Shown here piece by piece: positions 14,036 to 31,149 of a stretch of 64,000 bases of DNA. Position 1 is the stretch's first letter; each line of letters starts with the position of its first letter. Under the pieces are notes generated by a model. That model was not told the origin of the DNA. It saw nothing but the letters and a program-made list of their open reading frames with translations, and ran no database searches. The stretch lies in assembly GCF_009914755.1 (NCBI RefSeq), contig NC_060934.1; one strand, given 5' to 3'. The position numbers and the translations under genes were made by a program. The stretch is from the human T2T-CHM13v2.0 reference genome, Homo sapiens.

Positions 14036-14327
14036 AGCCGGGTACAGTGGCTCATGCCTATAATCCCAGCACTTTGGGAGGCCGAGGCAGGCAGATCGCT
14101 TGAGCCTAGGAGTTCAAGACCAGCCTGCGTAACATGACGAAACCCTGGCTCTACAAAAATTAGCCGAGCATGGTGATGCGTGCCTGTGGACCCAGCTATT
14201 TGGGTGGCTAAAGTGGGAGGATCGCTTGGGTCTGGGAGGCAGAGGTTGCAGTGAGCCAAAGCTGTGACACTGCACTGCAGCCTGGGTGACAGAGTGAGAT
14301 CCTGTCTCAAAAAATAAACAAACAAAA
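14036..14327 (+). mobile_element. AluJ/S
   Basis: Full Alu dimer. Confidence 0.93.
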
Positions 14328-14897
14328 GGGATAAAAAGAAGGACAAATATATAATGTATATAATATAATCTATAAATAGATTATAATTATATCAAGATAG
14401 CCATAGAACAAAGTTGTACAACTACTAGAATGGGAGTAAATCAAGATTCCTTGGGGGTGTTATTTGTGCTGCAGAAATCAGGAAGCAATTAAGGAATATT
14501 CTGGAAATAAAGCGAGACGTTGAAACAAGTTCAGGGTATGGTATCTGACTAATTGAAAAAAGAAACAGGAACATAGGACCAATTGTTGAATTTCTGTGAC
14601 TTTCCTGTAAGCTAGATAAGATTAACACTCTCTGGTCGTTTGGGGGTTTTTTTGGTAATGCTGGTTTGCTCAGGAACTATTTCTAAGATAAATAGTAAAG
14701 TATCATAGGGTTGGTGTAAGATTAAATTAGGAAATATATGAAAAGTGCTTAACATGTTAACTATTACAATTATTATAACATCAGGTTCTGGCTTGCTGGG
14801 TTAGTTATTTCCTTTCTTCTTCAAGTTCCTGTAGGCTAAGAGGCAAAGTAATACAAGCCATTAGGAGGACTTTAAGGGTCACCTGTGACAAACTTGA

Positions 14898-16363
<1,466 letters not shown>

Positions 16364-17844
16364 GTGAACCTCAATTTTTTTATCTGTAATGTGAGAGGGC
16401 TGATCCAGGTCATTCCAGTTGTGAGAAGTGCTATGGTGAAGACATTGGCTTAATTTTATTTAATGCACCAATTTCCAAATAGTTGACTGCAGTGTTTTGT
16501 TGTTTTGTTTAAGTCATTACTATTAACATTTTGCTGAACTGTTTCTCTGTTTAGAAACTTCTGAACTAAATGACCCTTTTGGTCTTTTCTAGTGCCCAAA
16601 TGCAGGGATTCCACGGTTCAAAAAGCCATCTCCCATCTGGATTAAATGTATTTGAAAGCATCTTATGCTGGTACTCACATGCACCATTGAAGTACAAATA
16701 CAAGCCTTAAGCCCTGCAGAGTTTTGTTAAGCTATTCTTTTTTTGTAGGTGTGTGTTTTTTTTTAGTACATTATATAAAAGCTCTTAATCAGTTTCACTT
16801 TTGTGCTTCTTCTTGATCTGAAATTGTGTTATAAATATTTATTTGTAAGGATGACTTTGCCATTTTAAATGAACAGTGCAGAAAATGGTTTCTCTTTTAT
16901 TGGTGGAAAACTAGCTTTCTGATTCCCCTGATTCACTTCTAGCTCTGCAAGTATCATTCTTTCTACTTCCTTTTCACATTGTGGAATATACTTAAGGTAT
17001 TGTGGACTTTAGAACTTTCCAGAGCAACTCTCAGTCTTGTGTTCTTGCACTTATTCCATGGATAAAATTAATTACTGGTGGTCTGTTACTGATTAAAATG
17101 AAAAGTTAAAATACTGGATAGATTTATCTTAATTTATTGTTTTTCTTCCAGAAATTAGACATCTTCTGCATCATGGATAAGCTCATTGAGATCTATGACT
17201 TTGCCTAATAATTATAATAAAATTATTCTAAGCCTGCATCTCCAACCAGATTTCTATCTCCAGCTAGAAATGCCTATAATCCAATTACCTACTGAAAATA
17301 TCCCACATGATTGTTTCACTGAACTCAACATGTAAAGAAAACTGCTGGTCTGTCCCATGACTGTTTGCACTTCGCTGCTGACCTGACAATTTCCTACTCC
17401 TTCCCCATGAGCATTGTAAATGTTCATGCACAATCTGGAAACGTATGAATGACCTGAGATTTTCTCTGTCCCCTAGCTTTTTAAATTCAATAATCACTAA
17501 GCCATATTAACTGTACCTCTTTTCTGCCTTTACTTTATGTTTCCATTGCCACTGGAATACAAACTTATTTATTTTATATTTTTATTTCCTGGTTAAACAC
17601 GGCCCCTTAACTGATGGCTTTTATAGGGAAAAGGAAACCCTACCAAATACTATTGTTATATTTTAAGTTAAAAAATTCAGTAAAACAAATCAAAATAAAA
17701 TAATGGCAAAGAAAGACCTACATGTTTAAATGTGTAAATTGAACTTCTGAACTTGATTCATTTTACCTTGGATGGGTCAAACTTTCATAATAGATTGATA
17801 CTAGGCCACAGATTGGTGACAAAAAAAAAAAAAAAAGACTATAG

Positions 17845-18175
<331 letters not shown>

Positions 18176-18224
18176 GACTGTCTTTAAATCTTTTTATGTG
18201 ATACTCTCCATCTATCTTCTATAT

Positions 18225-18440
18225 GACGGACCAGCAAACTGGAGGCCACAGGCCAAATTCAGCTTATGAAATTTTTCTATACAAAGTTTTATTGCAGTGC
18301 AATCATGCAGGTCTTTGCTCACACGTTATCTATGACTGCTCTCACCCTACAATGCAGGGTTGAATAGCTGTGATAGAGACCACATGGCCTACCATATTTC
18401 CTATCTGGTGCTTTACAGGAAAAGTTTGCCAATCTCTGCT
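18225..18440. mobile_element. MER58A-like hAT-Charlie MITE
   Basis: cagcaaact..ggccacaggccaaattcagc ... ctttacaggaaaagtttgccaatctctg. Confidence 0.75.
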
Positions 18441-18864
18441 TTATACCATGACCAGAATGCCCTGATACTCAAATCTAATCTTGTGACTCCCCTTCTCAAA
18501 CTTCTCCAATGAATCCCTGCAGAAAACATTGTTGACTTCCTATGCATAGCCATTATTTATTCTTTCTTGCTGCAGAAACACAAGTTTATTTAGATATTTA
18601 TTATTCCATTACCCCCACCCCATCTCCAATTATTCTAAGCTAATCACAGTAATTACATTTGGTTTCCTAGTGACTGGTTTTGAAAGGAGCATGTGGTATA
18701 ATCCAGCCAATAAAATGTTACAGGAAGATTACTGCAAGCTTACAAGTTTTCTCCCTATTTAAAAGAAACAGGTGAACAAAAGCAGCCCTTCCAGCCTTCA
18801 AATATTGTCTTGAGAGAGCATGATGATTGGAGCTGTTGCTAATTAGTCACCAAAAGTGGAATCC

Positions 18865-19169
<305 letters not shown>

Positions 19170-19744
19170 CTATGATATCCCTGGACCACCAAAACAAATT
19201 TGGTTCCTATGTTTTTAGCCATTGTTTGTTCATCTAGTATTTACAGCCAGAATTATTGTAAGAATTTTTCCGGGGCCTACAGAATAAGATCTACTCGTTC
19301 CTATACTATTAAAAAGTGTTGCCTAAGCTTGCCTTATCTACATATTCAAGTCATTCCCAACTACTCCCATATCACACTATTTCCGCTTGGAAACCCAAAG
19401 TGCCAATAAACCCTACAAAATTCACTCACGCATCTTACCATTTGTATTTGCTTTTGTAGATGTTTCTTTTCTAGGATATGCGATAATCTCAGATGTTCCC
19501 TCTACGAAGGGTGTAGCCTCGTTGGGTGTTCTTTTCGCCAAGCGTGCAGCCTCATCAGGCGCTCCCTCCACCAAGTGTTCAGCCTACTCAGGCTTCTTTC
19601 CGCCAAGGGTTCAGACTCGTCAGGCGTTCCTTCAGATGTTCCTTCTGCCAAACACACAACGTGGTTAAATTTTCCTTCTGCTAAATATCATCCTTCTGAC
19701 TCTTTATCTGGCAAACTTCTACTCATTCTGCATGCTTTCCTTAA

Positions 19745-20080
<336 letters not shown>

Positions 20081-21074
20081 CACTACCAAACTTGTTAAGG
20101 CTTTAATTGTCACCTTGGATATAAAATGTCTGACACATACTGAATATGGTAATGACATAATAAGTGATAATTATAAGCTCCCAAAGGGGTTCTGGCACAG
20201 AGTGAACATTAATAAATTAGTAAATATTAGAAAAAAATAATAACAAGAAAAATGCTTAGTACCTTAATAAGTAGTAAATAATAAAAAATGACAATGATAA
20301 TAACAAGGACAATGCTTAGTACCTTAAAGATGCTTGGCATTTATTTGTTAAGTGGACAAGTGGATAAATGAATAAAAAACATTTTTTTAGAAAATTTTGT
20401 TGGAAAAATGCAGAAATTCAGTAGAGACAGCTCTACTGTATTATGAGCACCTTAAAGACATATGGAATATGTGTATTCCATATTTGTCTCCTGCAACTTG
20501 CAAAAACCTAACTTATAGAAGTTCTTTGATAAATATATAATAAAGATATGCTCATACCGTTCATATTGAACAATGCATTGTGTCACATTTAGGTATCACA
20601 GTGACACTTTTGCTATTGTGAAAAATTTTTGTATTTTTATTATAATTTGTTGAGCCTAGAGTTAAGCTATTTGAATACTTATAATGTTAATATTTTGGCC
20701 AGCAGGAACAGAGTATCTTTTTGTAACAAAATTACTATTAACACACTAATTATCCAGCAGATAGAACAACACATCTTGTTCTAATGAAGTAAATATATCT
20801 TATTTGGTTTCAACTTAGAGGGAATGAAGTTGAAAATAGTGAGATCTTTTGGTACAAGACTGTGTAACATAACCTGCGCTTCTCAACAAAGATTTGCTTT
20901 TCTCACTTCTGCACTCAGTAGGTATCTTTGAAAAATGATATCCTATTGGTACTGATGCACCCTGGCTAAGTTTTGTAATTCTTGTTGACATTTGTTTATG
21001 GTGTCAGAAAAGTATTATTGAGTTCCAAATTCTAAAGATACTTACTTTTCTGTGACACAAGTCACTATGTCACA

Positions 21075-21514
21075 CAGTTGATCCTTGAATAAGGGTTTTA
21101 CTGTAGGAACCCACTAATAGACAGATTTATCTTTTCCTTTGCTGCTGCAAGATAGCAAGACAAATCTCTCCTCTCCCTCTCCCTTATCAGCCTACTCAAC
21201 ATGAAGGCAATGAGAATGAAGAACTTTATGAATAATAATTCACTTCCATTTAATAAATAGTGAATATATTTTTTCCTCCTTAAAACAGTTTCTTTTCTCC
21301 AGCTCACTTTATTGTAAGAATACAGTATATAGTACATATGACATAGAAACTATGTGTTAATTCACTGTTTATGCTTTCAGTAAGGCTCCAGGTCAACAGT
21401 AGACTATTAGTAGAGTTTTGGAGGAGTCAAAAGAAACAGATTTTCCTATAAAGCAGATTTTCAGCTGCTTGGGGGATCGGCACCCTAACTCTCATGTTAC
21501 TCAAGACTCAACTG
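21075..21514. mobile_element. Tigger2a-like DNA transposon relic
   Basis: Terminal inverted repeats cagttgatccttga ... tcaagactcaactg followed by TA; ~440 bp. Confidence 0.8.
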
Positions 21515-21565
21515 TAATTAATTCTCATTTACTAAATGTAAACCATTTATTGTAAAAATTAAATA

Positions 21566-21881
21566 GAGCCCAGAAGTTCAAGACCAGCCTAGGCAACATA
21601 AGGAGACCCTGTCTCTACAATTAAATAAATAAATACATACATACATACATACATACATACATACATACATAATTATTTCTTCATAGGTTATAATACTGAA
21701 ATGTTGCAGTTTTTGTTATTAATTCCTACTTTTCATTATTAGATGTTCCATTCTTTGTGGCTTGTAATTCAGGGCATCTAAGCTACTTTATAATTTGTAA
21801 TAAAATTTATTTATAAATATTAATTTATTAAATTGGATAACCTGATTATCCCCTATTACCAAGCTCATCAATCACACCAAG
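21566..21881 (+). repeat. ~315 bp direct duplicate of 22886-23191
   Basis: Both copies run from gagcccagaagttcaagaccagcct to gctcatcaatcacaccaag. Confidence 0.88.
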
Positions 21882-22819
21882 TGTTATACATTTTATCACA
21901 AACCTAAGTTGTTATGACAATTGAGGAAACATACAATATACAAACTTAAAAATTGTTTTACTTATTTATACAAAAGTATTATATAAAATTTTAGGGAACA
22001 TAATTAAGAAAATTTTTTTCGGATAATTTCTGAGATTATAAACTACGTACAACTAAATTCTTAACTAATTCTGAATAATAAACTAAAAAAATTAAATCAA
22101 AGCTATATATATATATGTACACACACACATATGTATATATGTAAACACATCCTATTTCCACATTGCTTTTTTAATTGCTGTTGTATGATCAACATTTCCA
22201 TAACCTTATGGTAGCACCACCAAGAGTAGTTTACTATCAGAAGTCTTACCTGGATTGCTATTTTGAGGATTTTTAGATATCTTTTGTTTATATTCCAAAA
22301 GGTGTTGATGAATGCTATGTATAAAAATGTAATAAATAAAACTATTATTTTAACACTGATATAAAAACATTTACCAAATTTATTAAGTTCTTAGAGTATT
22401 TCAGACAATATCAGAGCTAACATCAGAATATTACTTATTCTATTACTTTAAGTTTGTAAGCTCTATGAATTTATTAATCTGCTAATTAAAGAAGAAAGAA
22501 AGTAGATGAAATACTCATGAATTCAGGGCAGGGTAACTCCGTACATTCACTAGAGTTAGCTTGGCATAATGGAAAATGTCCTTAACTCAGAATAAGTCCT
22601 AGCGCAGTAACCAACAGGTATTTTTTCTGGAACAAGTTGCTTCTCTTAGGCTCAACGTCTTCTAAAAATGAGAATTTTAGAGCCTTATTTCACTAGGTTA
22701 TTATAAAGATTTAACAAGATAACATTTTTTAATGCTCAAATAGTGAAGAAATGAAATAATTTGTTCTTGAATCTTATTGCTGAAGCTATTTTTAAATTCT
22801 CAATAAAATCCAATGTGTT

Positions 22820-22945
22820 AGCCTGGTGCAGTGGCTCATGCCTGTGACATAAGCACTTTGGGATGCTGAGACAGGAGGACTGCTTGAGCCCAGAAGTTCA
22901 AGACCAGCCTGGGCAACATAGGGATACCCTGTCTCTGCAAAACAT
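22820..22945 (+). mobile_element. FLAM / Alu left monomer
   Basis: Mirror of 3903-4047. Confidence 0.85.
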
Positions 22946-23582
22946 AAATAAATTACAAAAAACAAAAGAACAAAAAAAAGTGTTTCTTCATATGTTATAA
23001 TGTTCAAATGTTGCACTTTTCTGTTATTAACTCCTACTTTTGGTTATTAGATGTTCTATTCTTTGTGGCTTGTAATTCAAGGCATCTAAGCTATTTTATA
23101 ATTTGTAATGAAATTTACTTATAAATATATTAATTCATTAAATTGGATAACCTGATTAGCCTCTATTACTGAGCTCATCAATCACACCAAGGGCAGAAAA
23201 CTAATAGATGTCAGCATCTGGCTTGGACTATTACTACTCTTTATCTACCTCCTGAAACTCTGAATCAACAAATCTTTGTTAGAATGATGCTTAGTCACTA
23301 TGCTCATTTCCAGCTGCTGTGGAAGAAAAAACCCTACCTTTATTTTTTGTAAGTTCCACAAAGATGCAAGTTGGTATTTCCTCATTTCTGAGATGCACTA
23401 AGAGCATATTGCACACAAGATCCTATGTGTTACCACATCTCATTTCATATATCACCTTGCATCAATATTTCTTGTATGAAAATCACAACTGCAATACTGG
23501 GTGACACCCATTTTGCTTTGACTCACACCATTTCCTTGGAGCTAGTTAGAAAGTAGTCAAATGTCCTTTTGGAAACTGCAAG

Positions 23583-23687
23583 AAATATGCAACACTTCAC
23601 AAATCTGTGTGTCATCCTCGTGCAGGGACCATGCTGATCTTCTCGAAGTTGTTTCAATTTTACTATATGTACAGCTGATGCCAGCAC
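23583..23687 (-). pseudogene. U6 snRNA pseudogene (paralogue of 3194-3298)
   Basis: Reverse complement gtgctggcatcagctgtacatatagtaaaattgaaac...gaggatgacacacagatttgtgaagtgttgcatatttc. Confidence 0.92.
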
Positions 23688-25607
23688 GAATCCCTACTTT
23701 TATACCTGAAGACTGATCAGTCATGGATGAGGCTTAGCTCTGTTAAATCTAACCAACTTACTTGGGGTTTTGTGAAGTCTATTGAATGGCTTCATGGTGA
23801 TGCAGAATTTGAAAATATTTTAAAAACTCGAGGTAGGGATGCAGGTAGCATGGGAGATTTTTACTTTTAGCAAAAAAGAATCACTTGAGGGGAGGAGCAC
23901 GAGTTGGAACCCACTATAACTTGAGAAAGATGACATGGGATCTTACAGAATAAGATGAGACCTTCCACTACCTACAAAATGGTGCTACACAGATTATAAA
24001 GGTCCAGGGATGTAGTTGTGGTAACAAAATAAAAAGGGATCTCTAATTTCTTCCTGTAACATTATTTCAACCTGACTTACAGTTTCAAACTAATATTTGC
24101 TAGAGAAAATAGAAAGAAGCCACTCAAAGGATAACTTACCATGAAGGTCTAGGCCAAGTCCAGGCTAAGATGTGGGTTTCACATCAGGTTTTGAGTGTGA
24201 GGAGAAGAGTCAATTTGTTTACTATGTGTGTGGCTAAAGCTAAATGTCCTAGCTGCCAGAGCAGGGTGCTGGTACTTCGGAAACAATGGCTGAGAATATG
24301 TATGTGAACTGTAAAAAAATGAAATAACTTTGAAGTCTACATGTGGATCACCATGAAGACTGAGGGATCTGTATTAGTAAGAGCATCCTGGTAGCAAAGG
24401 TCAATCATTATCAGACTGCAGGAGTAGTTTCAACGGCAACAATGCAGCAACAGCATCAATGGAAACAACAAAATGAAGAGAATGGCCATTTCCCACCCCT
24501 CCAGTCTTTCTGACTTAAACAAAAGGAATGTCTTCCTTGGACTTAGGGAACCCCTTAGATTCTTTTAAAATTTCAAGGATGAAGGTATGGAAGACAGCCC
24601 CAGGGACACTATCAGGTTTTCTGCTAAAGTGGACATTTCAAGACCCAAATAACTAATTAGAAAAATCAAAATTGTGACACTATGTTTATCCCATGCATAG
24701 GGGATATACTGCAAATCAAGTAGACAACATTAGGATCCCTAGGGATAAAGCTGTTGAAAGTCCTAAAATAAAGAATCCTGGCCCATTACTCCTTCCAACT
24801 AGTCTAGCTTTTTCCTAGTTTCTGGCTGATGAAGTGAACTAACTCACTGACATTCAAAAATTACCTGAAACAAACTATGAAATCTCACCTAGCCTTTAAA
24901 TGTAAACATTTACGGATTAAATCTACTAGCAACAGCATAACCTCCTGCAGTCATTCCACACATATCTTCAGCACAGATGTCAATATCTTGCTGAAGAAGA
25001 ATGCTGACTCTCTCTAATGATCCATGACATACAGCAAGCATGAGGGCTGTGCTAAAATAACAAAGAGATAACTTCATTATTAGGAACAGAACCAATTTAA
25101 TATGTGCGTGTCAGTGTAGAATTAACCATTTACATGTACTAACAAAGCTAAGTATATTGAGTGCTCAAGTGTTTATCCTTGTAAATCACCACCAAGGCTA
25201 AAAGGAAGGAGCAAAAAGACTCATGTCCCACTGGGATATGGCATACTAGAAGTGGCTAACATAAAGTCCTTTGAGGGGCAAGAAAATATGCTCTGTTCAC
25301 GAATCTTAAAGAGGCAAAAATTTAAGTGAAGAAATCTTTATTTCTTCCTTAGTCTGATAAAATATTTTGTTCTTCAAAATCAGCTAGAAGTCAGACAAAT
25401 GAGAGCACTCTGAAGGCTTAAAACAATATTAGGAGTAATGATATTAGTATTAGTCATAGTAAGTTCAGTTAATGATGCTGATAAGAACGTGTGAGACATT
25501 GAATTAAATGCTGTTGATATTCATAATGTTATTCCCACACAACTGTCCTTAAAGGACATATTATTATTCCCCTTTTCATATAGAAAATCATACTTGGTAT
25601 TAAGTAA

Positions 25608-26013
<406 letters not shown>

Positions 26014-26267
26014 TGGATTATCTTAATTAACTAAAATGTTAATCCAATTAAAGATGTCTTTCTTCCCTCTACCTATACAAATTAGAAATAATAATACACT
26101 ACGAATAAAAAAGGAAAAAAATGAGAAATTCACAATATCTGATGATAGCAATTAATAGTCATGTAGGGAAAACGTAAAATTAATATTCTTCAAAGAAAAC
26201 AACTTAAAGCAAACAGTCATCCTAAAGACAAAATGATTTTAAACTCCTATTTCAGATTAATATTGCT

Positions 26268-26568
26268 TTTTTTTTTTTTTTTTTTTTGAGACAGAGTCTT
26301 GCTCTGTTACCCAGGCTGGAGTGCGGTGGCACAATCTTAGCTCACTTCAACCTCTGCCTCCCTGGTTCAAGTGATTTTCGTGCCTCAGCCTCCTGAGTAG
26401 CTGGAACTACAGGCATGTACAACCATGCCCGGCTAATTTTTGTATTTTTAGTAGAGATGGGGTTTCACCATGTTGGCTAGGCTGGTCTTGAACTCCTGGC
26501 CTCAAGTGTTCCAACCACCTTGGCCTCCCAAAATGCTGGGATAACAGGCGAGAGCTACCATGCCCAGC
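26268..26568 (-). mobile_element. AluS
   Basis: T-run plus full Alu; aatattgc repeated on both sides. Confidence 0.93.
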
Positions 26569-29529
26569 AAATATTGCATTTTTTAAAAAGTGTATAAAAA
26601 ACAGAAGTTAGAAAAATACTATAAATGTGTTAATCATTCAATATTTAGCCAATAGAAAATAATGCAACCAAAAACATCAGATTAAAAATAAGAATCAGTC
26701 AGTATAATAAGAGAAGATAAATCCTACTATATACTGTTCTTTATGTTGACCAGTCCAAATAATTGCTTTTCTTCCTAACTGATAATTTGTGTTGATAGTT
26801 TTCACTATAATTTAATAATTTTAAGTAAAGGTTATTAATATTTCTGACTTGAGTGTTATTACTCTAGAACACTACTCAAGTGTTTTTTAATAAAAAAAGA
26901 ACTACTATACCATTTAAACTTATCAACTGCATTTGCACTGGCATTTTTTGTCACTAAAAATTCCACAATTTCCTCGCTTCTTTTCGTTATGACCAGTAAA
27001 AGTGGTGTGAGGCAAGCCTGTAAAACAGCAAAGACAATTTATAATTCATGAAATTACATATTTCTCAGCTGAACTGAATACCTTGTATAATATCCTATGA
27101 ACTTAAACTTAAAATAGAAAGTAAATCAATAGCAGCCCCTTCTTTCTCCCTTTTCTGTGCTTTCCCATGCACTGCACCTTCCCTTGGAAACATTCAGCCT
27201 CTGCATCACCACATTAACTCTGGTTATCCCCAAGAATCTTTATATTCTAATGGTTTTATTGTTTCCCATCTAAAGCAAGAGCTTCTTGAGGAGAGGGGCT
27301 GTGTCTTTTATCTCTATATCCTTAAACCCCAAGATACAGTAGTAAATACTTTGTTTTTTATTAAATTACTAATCTAAATTATTACCTGTAGAGCAGTGTT
27401 TCTTAAACTATATTCCAGAGAATAATTACCTTACCAGAAGCATTGTACCCCAACAGATTCCACATTATCTATGTTCAAGAAATATTATAAAACTGTGAAT
27501 TAAATGTCCGTTATCCAAGAAATGACCTGAACTTTGCCTAATCCTTATTTGACAATATATTTTTGTGGCAGACATTAATATTTGACAAATTAGAATTTCA
27601 GGGATACGGTTTTGAAAGCTTCCCAAGAAAAATGGAGGTTTCCTCTGGTGATACAAACTCGCTGATTCTCTTCTATCAATGATCCTAAGATCCCAGATGC
27701 CAGTGTCAGGCACTCCTGCTCTAAATGGGTCACTAAAGAAGTAGGCTCTAAATTAAAAGAGATTGGCTTTAAATGAACTTTGATTGCTTATTATAAGTGG
27801 TCCATGGGGTTTCTCCTATTACAAGACAATAGAATTTTATCTCAGCTATTAGAAATTCAGTATAAAAGTTTATTCTCAATTATAATGATAATACTAGCAC
27901 CCTAATGCATATCTAATTCTTAAAATGCAATAATCCATTTTGATTCTGGTTTGTATTGTAATTGCTACTTAATTTTTGGGAAAATATCAGAAATATGAAT
28001 AAAATGGCTTATTAATGAAAGTTCTAACTCATCTATATAGATTAGCATAATAGAAGCCACAAAATCACTTGAATTTTAAGGGACAATTCTGAGGAGAAAG
28101 ATATAATATTTTCTGCAATAGGCATAACCTATTCAAATATAACCATGATTAATCTAAAAAGGCTTAAAGGCCTTCTAATAGAAGATGATTATTTATGGTT
28201 TATATAAGGAAAAATCATTGTTTAAAAAATCTAAATTCTAGACGTTAATGCCATTATTAATGATTTAATGTAAAATATAAACTATATATTATAAACACCT
28301 ATCAACTGTCTTGAACACCTTGAAATCTTTACCATAATATACTATGAGAGAGGAATTGATAACTGAAGTATTTACAGAGGCAAAAGGGGTAAGTTGAGTA
28401 AGTGATGTGCCTAGGTGGGCACAGCAGCAAACTGGAAACATATGCTTTGTGTAAAGCTAGAACCTCTTCAGAGCATACCAGTCATATGGGCTCAAGAGAC
28501 ACCAGATTCTATCCTTTAAGAGGAAATCCAGATTTCTGCATGTCTCCTAAATTTTACACGGTGACTTAATTTATGCAGGCAAATTTTGCTTTCTTGTAGT
28601 TTTACACTAATTGGAAAGAAAAAAAAACTTGGGTGGGAAAAAATGTTTGAATAAGTTTTACCTTTAACAAATTCAAATATTTATCATAAGTGCACAGAAA
28701 AGCCATACTCTCTAATAGTTCTTGTAAAAATATTAATATTAAAGTAAAATCTTAGACAAGTTCTTTCAAACTATTTTCATTTGAGGAATGTTTGAGCTTC
28801 CAAATATAAAAAAACTTGCATATGTTAATGTTAAAACAAACAGATTTCAAATATTTTGAAAATAACATTGGTTAAGGTCTACCTTGTTTTTCACTTGGAT
28901 GTCTGCACCACGTGACAGCAGTTTTGCCACCACTGACAAATTCTCACTATAAACAGCATAATGGAGAGCCATGTTGCCATACACATCTACAATATTTGGA
29001 CTGGGACCAGAATCTACCAGAATATTTGCACAAGCCTCCCTCCAGCATTGTAGAGCCTGTCAGTATTAAAGCAAGAAGTGAATTATAAATTATAGGAAAT
29101 CAAAATAAATATTTCACAGGTTTCAGAAACTAGTTGTATTTCAATGAGATAAATTCATTTTTATTCCACGTATTTAAACCAAATCCATCTCCTGCTGAAA
29201 GGACTGGCTACTATTTACCTTCATCAGAGGTGTCCTGTTTTCACTGTCACGGACATCAAGCCGGCACTTTCTGTCTGCCAGAAGTGTTATTACTTCCACA
29301 TGGCTGTTGACACAGGCCCCATGTAGAGCAGTCCTATGAGAGTGAGAGGACTTTTTAGGAAAGTTTAGTCCATTGTCTCAAAACATACAATGATTTATAC
29401 AATTGTAAACATTAAATACCATGCTCTTTCTCTGCCTTCAAAACAAATATTTAATATTCTCCTTAAGAAAGTACAACATTCATTCACTCTTATTACTCAC
29501 TACATTAATGAAAGAGTGGCCTATTTGAA

Positions 29530-29770
29530 TAGAAAGAGCTTGGCCTTTGGACTCAGTTCAACTTGGGCTTGAATAAACTTTACGGTCTTTCACTTACTAG
29601 CTGTCTCTTAACCTCTCTGTGCCTCAATTTTCTCATCAATAAAGTGAAGATGAATACAGCAGTTATCTCACAGGACATCACTGTGATGCCTCGATGAGAA
29701 TCTATGCAAAGTATTTTGAAGAGTTTTTAGCACATGTAACAGCTCAGTAATTGTTAGATATTATAATTAT
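29530..29770 (+). mobile_element. MIR
   Basis: cacttactagctgt...ttaacctctctgtgcctcaattttctcatc..taaagtg core. Confidence 0.7.
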
Positions 29771-31149
29771 AACTTCTACTTAACAAAGACAACATTTTAA
29801 GTAAAATAATACAATCATGCCTACTTTGTGGTGTGTTTTAAAGGTTACAGATAACACTGTATTTTAACGGTTCTAAGATGCTCAATTTCTCATATTTTAG
29901 CATCTCTGACATTGAAATGCCACTTACAATTCATTATTTATTAGAACTATATTTGGCAAAAATTTAAACAATCTTTTATTGGTACATAAAATAAGGAGGC
30001 ATCACACAATTCAGGGTGCCTTCCATGAAGTGGAATATGGTATATACAACAGGACGATGGTAGTCCTAATCACAGGATTTACACTTAAAGAAATTTTAGC
30101 TTTTAAGAGTACTACGCAAAAGGAGAGTTGAAATAAAAACAACAAATTGTTAAAACAAAGTACTCCTTTAATATTTTAAAAACTTCAAGCCAAAGAAAAC
30201 TTGGGATTCAAATGAATAGGTATGGCTCATTTTATTTTGTATTTAGATTTACAGAATGTATATTAATTCATATTTAGATTTATGGAGGGAGTACATGTAA
30301 ATTAGGTATTTCCAATTATTCATATTACTATTTAAAGCTGTTATAAATTTCCAAAATCGTGGTTGGTAGTTATCTTTTACTAATTTCTCACTTCAGAAGT
30401 ATTTTTGTTTGAAAGATGAGAGGAAAAGCTTCAATTGAGATTCAGTCCTATTACTCCAATTTTAAGCCTCTCATGTTGCTGAGGCTGAGCAGGTAAATGT
30501 GAAATTTTTAAGGATGAAAGGGTCTTGAGAGTTAATAGAATGTGTCTTCTACATAATAGGCATTCAGCTTACATGTGATAAATGGATTCAAAGAATGGAT
30601 AAATATAGTTGGGAAGTTCAATATCTTAAAAAACTGCTATAAATAAAGCACTTATATTTGCTACTTTATTTTCCTAATAACAAAACTACACTAAAATGAT
30701 TAATCTGTAATTATTGACATATATATAATAAATCTAGATATAATAAAAATATGTTTCTAATAAAATGTACATGTAAATCAACAAGCACAGATAAAAAGTT
30801 TCTCTTCTGAAAATGCTAAAAGTTCACAGAATATACTAATCCACAAAAAATAAAAATTAAAATATAGAAAGTGAAAAATTATTTTAATCTGTGCAAAATT
30901 CATATTCCTGCTCTTCCCCAAAATTATTTCATTAATAATAAACTTTTACTAATAACATTGTACTTGTTCAATGCAGAAATCAAAGATAATAAAAAGGAAA
31001 AACATTTTATATTAAAACAAATGCCCTCAAATAACAAATTTTATCATATTTCGTACATAATTTCAGATAACACAAGACCATCATCTGTATGTATAAACAA
31101 ACTGAACTTTACCCTTACTTGGTACACCAAAATACATTTTCAAATGTCA

